From the NCBI GenBank assembly GCA_028866715.1, contig JAGWHO010000006.1, positions 2,005 through 66,004 of the forward strand: 64,000 nucleotides of DNA. Direction: 5' to 3'. The notes beneath the pieces are model-generated. The model was not told the DNA's origin. It did not search any database and worked only from the letters and a program-made list of their open reading frames with translations. Both the position numbers and the translations under genes were made by a program. The DNA comes from Candidatus Micrarchaeota archaeon. GTDB lineage: Archaea; Micrarchaeota; Micrarchaeia; Micrarchaeales; Micrarchaeaceae. Shown here one piece after another: positions 46,237 to 54,200 of the stretch (positions are counted from its first letter, which is position 1; each line of letters starts with the position of its first letter).

Positions 46237-46308
46237 TGGGCCCGAGGAGAATCGAACTCCTGTTTCTAGCGTGTAAGGCTGGCGTCTTAACCACTGGACC
46301 ACGGGCCC
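46237..46308 (-). tRNA. tRNA-Val (TAC), no intron
   Basis: Acceptor GGGCCCG/CGGGCCC, anticodon stem CCAGC/GCTAG (with a C28-A42 mismatch) and loop CTTACAC. T arm AGGAG-TTCGATT-CTCCT. Discriminator A. Its 3' 37 nt (46237-46273) form repeat copy B. Confidence 0.85.
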
Positions 46309-46313
46309 CAGAA

Positions 46314-47558
46314 TTATCTCGAATGCCTTCTGCAGAATTTGTTAATCCTATTTATCGCCAAGTCTAATATCTCTTGCGGTGCCAGCGCAACGATCCTGAA
46401 GTGGGACGGGGCGCCGAAGCCAGACCCTCTTGTTACCTGCACGTCCTCTTCTTTCAAGAGACTGTCGACGAATTCCCTGTCGTCCTTGAACTTCGTCTCT
46501 TTCAGGTCTATTTTGGGCAGTATATAGAATGCGCCGTTCGGCCTCACAGTGCTGAACAGCGGGTTCTCATTGAGGAGCTTTGTGGCGTGATTCGCCCTCT
46601 TCTCTATCGCTGATACCATTGTGTTTATCGCCCTCTTGTGCTCAACTGTGTTGTTTATCGCCTCCGCGGCTGCGTACTGGGCCGGGGTATTGACCGACAG
46701 CCTCATCAGCGCGTAATCGTAGAGCTTCTCCCTAATGGCAAGCGATGTTTTGTCATTCTCAGGCGTTATTGCAAATCCTATCCTAAAGCCAGTAGAATCG
46801 AAGACCTTTGATGCGCCGTTGAGTACCATATACGGCATTCCCTTAGCGAGCTGGCACACGCTCGTGAATTTTGCCTTGTTGTATACTATCTCGTCGTATA
46901 TCTCATCGCTTATCAGGAGCAGCCTGTACTCATTCGCAAGATCCACGACTTCCTTCAGCACGTTCCTGTCAAGGACTGTGCCTGTGGGGTTGTTCGGGTT
47001 CGTTATCATCATGTACTTTACCCTATTGAGCTTGCCGTCTGCCTTGAGGCGCTTCAGCGATTTGGAGAGCCTTTCGACATTGATGTTCCAGTCCTTGGAC
47101 CCGTCATACTCCTCGTATATAGGCCTCCCGCCATGAGTCTTTAGTATGGGAAGGTAGAGCGAGTAGTAAGGCCTGAAGAGTATGGCTCTATCACCTTCGT
47201 TCATCATGGCGCTGTCGATGAAGAGCAGCGCTTCGGACACGCCTGCCGTGACAAGCACGCTATCTGGATCGGCGTCCAGCTTGTAAAGCCTCCTATATCT
47301 CTTTGCAACAGCCTCGCGGAGAATATCCGCTCCCTCTGACTTTGAGTATGTGGTCCTGTGCTCCTTTAGCGCTTCGATGTATGCGTCAAGTATGTACTTA
47401 GGAGTAGGGAAATAGCTGGGAGGGTCTCCCCTGCTCAATTTTATTATCTTCTCTCCTTTTTTCTGAAGCTCGAATGCTACCCTATCTTCTTCTTCAATCG
47501 GGTTCTCAGCATATCTGCTCCTGTCTGAAAACAGCATCCAACCACATCTATACTTCAA
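46314..47558 (-). CDS. class I/II pyridoxal-phosphate aminotransferase (aspartate/alanine type)
   Basis: NPNNPTG, SDEIYDE and the PLP-Lys motif GASKVFDSTGFRIG. Confidence 0.88.
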   Translation of the reverse strand: MKYRCGWMLFSDRSRYAENPIEEEDRVAFELQKKGEKIIKLSRGDPPSYFPTPKYILDAYIEALKEHRTTYSKSEGADILREAVAKRYRRLYKLDADPDSVLVTAGVSEALLFIDSAMMNEGDRAILFRPYYSLYLPILKTHGGRPIYEEYDGSKDWNINVERLSKSLKRLKADGKLNRVKYMMITNPNNPTGTVLDRNVLKEVVDLANEYRLLLISDEIYDEIVYNKAKFTSVCQLAKGMPYMVLNGASKVFDSTGFRIGFAITPENDKTSLAIREKLYDYALMRLSVNTPAQYAAAEAINNTVEHKRAINTMVSAIEKRANHATKLLNENPLFSTVRPNGAFYILPKIDLKETKFKDDREFVDSLLKEEDVQVTRGSGFGAPSHFRIVALAPQEILDLAINRINKFCRRHSR

Positions 47559-47576
47559 CGCGCTGTATTAAATGCA

Positions 47577-48242
47577 CTACTTGTCCTTCAGCACCGCCTT
47601 CTCTATGACATACCTGCCGCCCATGCCCGACCAGACGGTGTTGTGCTCCAATATCTGTATTCGTTTCCTGAACATCGGAGCATCAAGCACGAACGATTCT
47701 GCCTCCCCGCCCTCGAACAGCAGGTTCACGCCATATCTCTTGTTTATGCCCTTGAGCTTCTCTATCATTGAACTGTCAATCACTGCGCCAAGGAAGCTCT
47801 CGTCAAACCCCTCCGCTGCAACCTGGGTTATGATTATCTTGTAATCCCGTGCGAGCTCGTTGAGCTCCTCCATCGGGTCTATGCCCCAGAGCGGCGCGAT
47901 ATGGTCTATTGATAACTCTTTGCAGATTCTGTCTATGCGCTGGCGCTGGTAGTCGCTTGCTATCGCGCCGGTGACCAGCTCTGTAACCTCGTTCACCTTC
48001 AGCACCATCTCGAGGTCCTGCAGCTCCTCTTCCTTCTCGCCTTTCGTGCCGTGCATTATGTGCCTGATGCCGAGCGCTTCGGCCTGCATCTTTGTGAACG
48101 CGATATTGGGCTTGTGGAACATGTAGCTGTACTCGTTCTCGGAAACCATCGTTATCAGAAGGTCGACATCGCGCCTAGCCGCATGCATCTTGTGCAGCGC
48201 TAATGTCGAGTCCTTCCCGCCGCTAAATAGGCAAGCTCTCAT
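47577..48242 (-). CDS. diphthine--ammonia ligase-like ATP pyrophosphatase (MJ0570/Dph6 N-domain family)
   Basis: PP-loop MRACLFSGGKDST and GAIASDYQRQRI. Confidence 0.78.
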   Translation of the reverse strand: MRACLFSGGKDSTLALHKMHAARRDVDLLITMVSENEYSYMFHKPNIAFTKMQAEALGIRHIMHGTKGEKEEELQDLEMVLKVNEVTELVTGAIASDYQRQRIDRICKELSIDHIAPLWGIDPMEELNELARDYKIIITQVAAEGFDESFLGAVIDSSMIEKLKGINKRYGVNLLFEGGEAESFVLDAPMFRKRIQILEHNTVWSGMGGRYVIEKAVLKDK

Positions 48243-48246
48243 ATCA

Positions 48247-48888
48247 TCATCTTACAGTGCTAGAAGGGCATATGTCCTTCAGCACGCATCTCTCGCAGTA
48301 TTTTACCCTTGCAGTGCATGTATCTCTCCCCAACGCGATAAATAGGTGTGACACGTTCGACCACTCCTTCTGCGGGAACAGCCTCAGCATCCTCTTCTCG
48401 ATCTTTACCGGATCCTTGCTTCTTGCCAGGCCGAGTCTGTTTGTTACGGTTATGCAGTGCGTGTCTATGGCCATGCCCTCGTTTATCCCATAAGCATTTG
48501 AGATCACGACGTTCGCAGTCTTCCTGCCTACTCCTGGCAGCGTAATAAGCTGCGCTATTGTCCTTGGCACTCTGGAATTGAACCGCGCGGTCAGGAGTCT
48601 TGATGCCTTTATGATGTTCTTGCCCTTGTTCCTGTACAGGCCGATGCTCTTTATGTAAGGATACAGCTCCTTTGGCTCCAGAGCCGCGTAATCCGCCGGG
48701 CTCTTGTACGCCTTGAAGAGCTTCGCGGTTATCTTGTTGACCTGCTTGTCCTGCGCCTGGGCTGAAAGAATAGTCGCAACAAGCAGCTCCCATGGATTGC
48801 TGTGGTAAAGATACGTGCGCATATCCTTGCTGTATCTTCTCCTAAGCCTGGAAAGTATCTCACGTGTATAGGAAGCAGTGACGCGCAT
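48247..48888 (-). CDS. nth: endonuclease III (HhH-GPD, [4Fe-4S])
   Basis: HhH LPGVGRKTANVV, catalytic-Asp context AIDTH, and the cluster motif C-x6-C-x2-C-x5-C (CTARVKYCERCVLKDIC). Confidence 0.9.
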   Translation of the reverse strand: MRVTASYTREILSRLRRRYSKDMRTYLYHSNPWELLVATILSAQAQDKQVNKITAKLFKAYKSPADYAALEPKELYPYIKSIGLYRNKGKNIIKASRLLTARFNSRVPRTIAQLITLPGVGRKTANVVISNAYGINEGMAIDTHCITVTNRLGLARSKDPVKIEKRMLRLFPQKEWSNVSHLFIALGRDTCTARVKYCERCVLKDICPSSTVR

Positions 48889-48938
48889 AGTATCAATCGG
48901 TAAGATATCGCTAAATATTTATCCTGAGAAGCGAGTCT

Positions 48939-49595
48939 GTGGCGGGTGGTAAGCTTCTATCGGAGAAGCAGTCAGCAGAGCTTGCGACCAGGCTCAGCGC
49001 AGCTTACAAGGAAGCGCATTACTACCTCAATTTCAAGACGCCGATAGATCTAGTCGTTGCGGCTATAATCTCGGCGCAGACCCGGGACGAGACTGTAAAC
49101 AGACTGACTCCAGCGCTTTTCGCAAAGTACAAGACAGCAAAGGACTACGCCAACGCAAAGCCGGATACGCTCACGAACGACATAAAGAGCGTCAGCTTCG
49201 CAGGAAACAAGGCAAAAAACATAATCAGCACATGCAAGGCGATAGCTGAGAAATACAATGGCAAGGTGCCTGATACAATGGAAGAGCTTGTAGAGCTGCC
49301 AGGGATTGGAAGAAAGACTGCGAACACCATATTGATAAACGCTTACGGCAAGATTGAGGGCATACCCGTAGACACATGGGTGATAAAGCTGTCGTATAGG
49401 CTTGGCCTCAGCCTAAACACAAATCCTGACAAGATTGAGGTCGATCTCAAGTCAAGGATTCCTGAAAGGCTGTGGGGCAAGTTCGCCTATGTGCTCAAGA
49501 CTCACGGAAAGACGCTGTGCAAGGATGTCCCTATCTGCAGCAAATGCCCTGTCAATGGGATCTGCCCAAAGAACGGAGTCACCAAAAGGGAGTAG
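48939..49595 (+). CDS. second endonuclease III-family glycosylase (paralogue)
   Basis: LPGIGRKTANTILINAYG, PVDTW and CKDVPICSKCPVNGIC. It is divergent from nth with a 50-bp spacer that contains a palindromic aaatattta box. Confidence 0.85.
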   Translation: MAGGKLLSEKQSAELATRLSAAYKEAHYYLNFKTPIDLVVAAIISAQTRDETVNRLTPALFAKYKTAKDYANAKPDTLTNDIKSVSFAGNKAKNIISTCKAIAEKYNGKVPDTMEELVELPGIGRKTANTILINAYGKIEGIPVDTWVIKLSYRLGLSLNTNPDKIEVDLKSRIPERLWGKFAYVLKTHGKTLCKDVPICSKCPVNGICPKNGVTKRE

Positions 49596-50876
49596 ATGCG
49601 AGTAATAGCCGATTTCCATACGCATTCCAGGTTTGCCATGGCGTGCAGTTCGCGAATAACCATAGGGGGCCTTGAGCTTGCCGCAAAAGAAAAAGGAATC
49701 AAGCTGATGGGAACCAGCGACTTCCTACACAGCGCCTGGCTGTCCGAGATGGAGGCAAATCTTGAGCCGATAAACGATTCTGAGCTGTTTAGGATAAAGG
49801 GGTCTGATACTGGAATAAGATTCATGCTTACCGGCGAGGTATCTACTGTATTCACAGGAAAGGACGGCAAGGCGAAGGCAATCCACCACATAATAATGCT
49901 CCCTACGATCGAATCAGTAAAAGACCTCAGGTCGTCGCTTGAGAGGTACGGCAAACTCGATTCCGATGGCAGGACTCCGTTGTCTATGAGCGCTGCAGAG
50001 CTTGTCGAAAAGGTCTTTCAGGTAGATAAGCGAGCATTCGTATTTCCGGCGCATGTCTGGACGCCGTTCTTCGGCGCGCTCGGCGCGCGATCAGGCTTCG
50101 ATTCATTGAAAGACGCATATGAAGATCAGGAAAAGCACATACATGCATTGGAAACAGGCCTCTCATCCGATCCTGAGATGAACTTGCGTATCTCGGCCCT
50201 TGACAAATATACTCTTTTATCGAACAGCGACATGCACTCGCTGCCCAAGCTCGGCAGAGAGGCAAACATGTTCGAGTTCGACGAGAAGGACTTTACCTAC
50301 GAGTCAGTTGTCAACGCAATACACAACAAGGATGCGAGGCATCTCAAGAAGACGATAGAATTCTACCCTGAAGAGGGCAAGTACCACTTCGATGGCCATA
50401 AAGACTGCGGCTACTCCGCGGACCCGACCGCAAACAGGCCTACGGTATGCCCGGTATGCGGCAAGAAGCTTGTTATCGGGGTGCTGCACAGGATAAACGA
50501 TCTTGCGGACAGGCAGCCGGGATACGCACCAAAAGACGCAATTCCTTCCGTGCATATCGTGCCCCTGCGTGAGATAATATCCTATGTCATAAAGAAGGGC
50601 GCAATGACAATGGCTGTAGAGAAACAGTACCAGTTGATGATCTCAACTTTTGGATCAGAGTTCGACATTCTCATGGATGCAAATCTAGAGGATATCGCAA
50701 AGGCCTCAAGCGAAGACATGGCAGAGGCGATAAAGAACGTACGGGAAAACAAGGTAAACATACTGCCGGGCTATGCTGGCATATTCGGAGAGGTGGGCCT
50801 TCTCAACAGGCACAAGGGCAGGACCAACACCCTCGGCATCAAGCAGAAGAGCCTGTTCGACGTGCCCAAAGCGTGA
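49596..50876 (+). CDS. endoQ: endonuclease Q (PHP-domain, deaminated-base endonuclease)
   Basis: Colinear with my recollection of Pyrococcus EndoQ. Shared blocks are DFHTHS, GTSDF, HHIIMLP, PAHVWTPF, SLKDAYED, LETGLSSD, LSNSDMHS..LGREANMFE, GKYH, the Zn finger CPVCGKK, FGSEF and PGYAGIFGE. Confidence 0.8.
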   Translation: MRVIADFHTHSRFAMACSSRITIGGLELAAKEKGIKLMGTSDFLHSAWLSEMEANLEPINDSELFRIKGSDTGIRFMLTGEVSTVFTGKDGKAKAIHHIIMLPTIESVKDLRSSLERYGKLDSDGRTPLSMSAAELVEKVFQVDKRAFVFPAHVWTPFFGALGARSGFDSLKDAYEDQEKHIHALETGLSSDPEMNLRISALDKYTLLSNSDMHSLPKLGREANMFEFDEKDFTYESVVNAIHNKDARHLKKTIEFYPEEGKYHFDGHKDCGYSADPTANRPTVCPVCGKKLVIGVLHRINDLADRQPGYAPKDAIPSVHIVPLREIISYVIKKGAMTMAVEKQYQLMISTFGSEFDILMDANLEDIAKASSEDMAEAIKNVRENKVNILPGYAGIFGEVGLLNRHKGRTNTLGIKQKSLFDVPKA

Positions 50877-51188
50877 TCACTGGCCTGGCAGTGCCTTCCT
50901 GTACTTGGTCTTGAACATCAGGAAGCTCATCCCGCTGAAAACCCTCTGGTAGTGCTTCATTATCATAAGCACGGTGAATATTACTGCCGCGCATGCAACC
51001 TCTACGAATACAAGATAATCGCTGAACATCAGCAAAGTGTTAGACGCCACGCTTCCTCCTATGCCGTGCATGAAGATGAGTGTCGCTATCGCAACTACGC
51101 TGTCTATCGCTATCGATGCATAAGCCAGGCCCTCGAAGACCCGTTCAACTCGCTTTACTCTCTTGAACTCACTGTAGTACATATCCAT
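50877..51188 (-). CDS. hypothetical small membrane protein (3 TM)
   Basis: Hydrophobic helices. A TATA-like box at 51225-51236 lies about 40 nt upstream. Confidence 0.45.
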   Translation of the reverse strand: MDMYYSEFKRVKRVERVFEGLAYASIAIDSVVAIATLIFMHGIGGSVASNTLLMFSDYLVFVEVACAAVIFTVLMIMKHYQRVFSGMSFLMFKTKYRKALPGQ

Positions 51189-51387
51189 CCAACCTTGGTC
51201 GCAGATATAGTTGTGAAAGAGATAGCTTTAAATACCATCAAACATGGAATTGCTACTGGAAGTTTCGTGCTCCGCGCCAAAACACTCGGCAATCACAATG
51301 TTTCCAGCCCACAGCAAGGAATATATATCTAATCATGCATTAACATATTGTAAATTCAAAGTACAGCTTACATAAGGTCGTATTTTC

Positions 51388-51810
51388 ATGAAGAAAAACA
51401 CATTAGACAACAAGTTAGTTTCAGTAGTGCGAGTCCGCGGGAGGGTCAACGTGAGGTCTGACATAACGGAGACGCTCAACAGGCTCAATCTTAAAAGGGT
51501 AAACAACTGCGTTGTGCTCAAGGTCACCAACTCTTACATGGGAATGCTCAACAAGTGCCACAACCACGTCGCATACGGCGAGGTAAACGAGGAGATCCTT
51601 TCGAAGCTCCTTGCAAAGTACGCGCCTGATGTAAAGGCGAAGGACGTGATCGATGGGAAGTATGATGTTAACAAGCTCAAGGAGATGATGCCATTCAGGC
51701 TTCATCCGCCAAAGCATGGCTACAAGAGCACGAAGCTGAGCTTCACGCAAGGCGGCTCTCTCGGATACCAGGGCGAGGCGATAAACTCCCTGATAAAGCG
51801 CATGGTGTGA
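51388..51810 (+). CDS. rpl30: 50S ribosomal protein L30 (uL30)
   Basis: [35 protein letters not shown]. Confidence 0.9.
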   Translation: MKKNTLDNKLVSVVRVRGRVNVRSDITETLNRLNLKRVNNCVVLKVTNSYMGMLNKCHNHVAYGEVNEEILSKLLAKYAPDVKAKDVIDGKYDVNKLKEMMPFRLHPPKHGYKSTKLSFTQGGSLGYQGEAINSLIKRMV

Positions 51811-52199
51811 ACATGGTAGTAAGACACGCAAAAAGAAACAGGAAGTACCACGGCACGCGCAGATGGGGGATGGGCAACATCAAGAACGCAAGAGGCGCGG
51901 GAGACCGCGGAGGAGTAGGCCGTGGCGGAATAAAGCACAAGTGGACCTACGTTACGGCAAAAGCCCCCGAAACAATAAGAACTGTAGGCTTCAAGCCATG
52001 GAGGCGCACGAAGCCAAAGGAGATAACGCTTAGAGAGATAAACAGGATGATCCATGCTGGGAAGGCAGTCGAGCTTAACGGCTACAAGGTCCTGAGCAAT
52101 GGTGAGATCACAAAGGCCGCAACCATAAAGGCAACAGCATTCTCAAAGAGCGCGATAGAAAAGATTAAGAGCGCCGGCGGAGAGGCAGTTGTACTATAA
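51807..52199 (+). CDS. rpl15: 50S ribosomal protein L15 (uL15)
   Basis: [30 protein letters not shown]. The start overlaps the L30 stop. Confidence 0.9.
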   Translation: MNMVVRHAKRNRKYHGTRRWGMGNIKNARGAGDRGGVGRGGIKHKWTYVTAKAPETIRTVGFKPWRRTKPKEITLREINRMIHAGKAVELNGYKVLSNGEITKAATIKATAFSKSAIEKIKSAGGEAVVL

Positions 52200-52211
52200 T
52201 AGGTAGCAAAG

Positions 52212-53378
52212 ATGGAATCTCTAAATATCGCTTTTTACACAGACTCATTTCTGCCTGCCAAGGATGGGGTTGTAACATCAATACTCAACTTCAGGCAGGA
52301 GTTGGAAAGAAGAGGTCACAACGTATACATATTCGCGAGCGGCGAGCGCAGGATAACGAGCAGGAAGGACAACGTCTTCATAATAAAGGGCGTGAAGTTC
52401 AAGAAGTATCCGCAATACAATCTTGCGATATTCCCGTTCTTCTCGTCTGTATATATCCGCGACGTGAAACTCGACGTGGCTCACGTGCAGACGCCGTTCA
52501 CCATGGGCCTTTACGGGCTGATGCACGCCAAGATGAACAAGATACCTGTAGCCGGGTCGTTCCACACGCACTTCTCGAACAAGTCCGTGATCCAGGAATA
52601 CACGTCGGATAACAAGACAATAAGCAAGTTCATGATAAAATACGCGTGGAAATACGCGAGGTTCTTCTACCGCAAGTGCGACGAGGTAATTGCGCCAAGC
52701 GAATCCACAAAAGAGATACTCATCAAGAAGCACATAAAGAACGTGACAGTGGTCCCGAACAGCGTCGACCTCAAGAAGTTCAACCCGCAGGTCAGCGGCA
52801 CGGCCATGAGGAACCGGCTGCTCAAGAGCAGGAAGAACGACAGGATGGTCCTTTACATGGGAAGACTGAGCAAGGAGAAGAAAGTAGATATTATGATAAA
52901 GGCCGCAAAGCTGCTCAAGAACGAGGATATAACGTTCGTGATTGGGGGGACTGGCCCTGCAGCAGAATACTACCAGAACATGGTCAACAGGATGCACCTT
53001 AACAACAAGATAAAGTTCATAGGCTTCGTGCCGCAGGAAAAGCTGCCGCAGCTTTATGCTGCTTCTGACCTCCTGTGCATGCCGTCAACATTCGAGACGC
53101 AGGGCGTTGTCGCGGTAGAGGCCATGGCAACAGGCAAGCCGGTAGTGGCGGCAAACTACCTTGCGCTTAAGGAACTTGTCGTAAACGGAAGGAACGGCGA
53201 GAAATTCAAGGCGAACGATCCGGCAGGCTGCGCGCGCAAGATAGAAAGGGTTATATATAACCTAGATTCATATAAAGGAATGTTCAACACGGCAAAGAGG
53301 TACTCCATTGAGAGGACCACAGATGACTTATTAAATGTATACAGGCGTATAATTAACGAACAGGCATCTTATACTTAG
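52212..53378 (+). CDS. GT4-family (GT-B) glycosyltransferase
   Basis: N-terminal FYTDSFLPAKDGV and a C-terminal E-x7-E region (PSTFETQGVVAVEAMATGKPVVA). Confidence 0.87.
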   Translation: MESLNIAFYTDSFLPAKDGVVTSILNFRQELERRGHNVYIFASGERRITSRKDNVFIIKGVKFKKYPQYNLAIFPFFSSVYIRDVKLDVAHVQTPFTMGLYGLMHAKMNKIPVAGSFHTHFSNKSVIQEYTSDNKTISKFMIKYAWKYARFFYRKCDEVIAPSESTKEILIKKHIKNVTVVPNSVDLKKFNPQVSGTAMRNRLLKSRKNDRMVLYMGRLSKEKKVDIMIKAAKLLKNEDITFVIGGTGPAAEYYQNMVNRMHLNNKIKFIGFVPQEKLPQLYAASDLLCMPSTFETQGVVAVEAMATGKPVVAANYLALKELVVNGRNGEKFKANDPAGCARKIERVIYNLDSYKGMFNTAKRYSIERTTDDLLNVYRRIINEQASYT

Positions 53379-53446
53379 AAAGAAAGGCATGATACGGTAA
53401 GGCGATTTTACTGAACGACAATTCACAGGAAGTACAGCAGATAGAC

Positions 53447-54151
53447 GTGCAGAAAACAGACGCGGCACAGCCGCATGTTCCAGCGCACAGACAGGCTAAT
53501 CCTTCGCAGAACAATAACGGACACAGCGACAAGCCGTCGCTCAACGACCTTATAAAGGTCTCGAATAATCCGCAGGCTGAGAAGATAAAGACTGACATAG
53601 ACGAGCTCAGGAAGGAGCGAAGCAAGTTCATCGCTAGGGCGAAGGAATGCAGGCGCAAGCTCGGCTACAAGGAAGCGGAATTCGCGGCTATCGACAAGCT
53701 CGTTAAGATGAGGAAAGAGGACGACAAGGACGGCGAGAAGAGGAGGAGGTTCGGATATCTGAAGAGATTGAAGAACAAGCTCGAATTCAAGATATCCACA
53801 GAGGCGACATCTCTTTCGGAAGAGAAGGAGCTGATAAGGAAGATAGCGGAGATAAACAAGGAATTGAGCGAATCCCATGCCTTCATAAGGATGGAAAGAA
53901 AGCTTGAGTTCGTGAAGAAGGACATAGCGGAGTACAAGGCAGGGCTTGCGGAAGCTGACTCAAAGATAGCAGAATCGGACCAGAAGCTTGACGCAATGTA
54001 CACAGAGCTAAGGAAGGCGCTGGGCATAGGCTCGTACCAGAACAAGGCAAAACGCGGCCATCCGCAGCCGAAAAAGAGGGAGCATGCTGCACCGTCGCAG
54101 GATGTGAACCTTGAAGACATAGTAGTCATAAAGAAAAAGGACGGAAAGTGA
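53447..54151 (+). CDS. Lys/Glu-rich coiled-coil protein (archaeal COG1340-like)
   Basis: Heptad-rich sequence (IDELRKERSKFIARAKECRRKL..., LIRKIAEINKELSE). The track start is GTG and the true start is uncertain. Confidence 0.55.
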   Translation: MQKTDAAQPHVPAHRQANPSQNNNGHSDKPSLNDLIKVSNNPQAEKIKTDIDELRKERSKFIARAKECRRKLGYKEAEFAAIDKLVKMRKEDDKDGEKRRRFGYLKRLKNKLEFKISTEATSLSEEKELIRKIAEINKELSESHAFIRMERKLEFVKKDIAEYKAGLAEADSKIAESDQKLDAMYTELRKALGIGSYQNKAKRGHPQPKKREHAAPSQDVNLEDIVVIKKKDGK

Positions 54152-54195
54152 ACAGAAATAAGGTTACAGAAAATAAAGTACAGAAAGTAAATAGG
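54152..54195 (+). repeat. three tandem purine-rich ~14-nt repeats (ACAGAAAnTAAnGT)
   Basis: acagaaataaggtt / acagaaaataaagt / acagaaagtaaatagg fill the spacer between the coiled-coil gene's stop and the beta-CASP gene's start. Confidence 0.8.
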
Positions 54196-54200
54196 AAAAA

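Noticed and set aside
44346-46302. SSV-type partitioned integrase, with the int gene split across attL and attR.
   Set aside because: The minus-strand frames that read through both repeat copies (ORFs 44346..44594 and 46108..46302) would reconstitute only about 70 aa. No tyrosine-recombinase motifs (R..HxxR..Y) are present.
51244-51375. 43-codon ORF (MELLLEVSCSAPKH...) in the spacer upstream of rpl30.
   Set aside because: It has no RBS. Its start is only about 10 nt from the TATA-like box. The composition is unremarkable and nothing suggests conservation.
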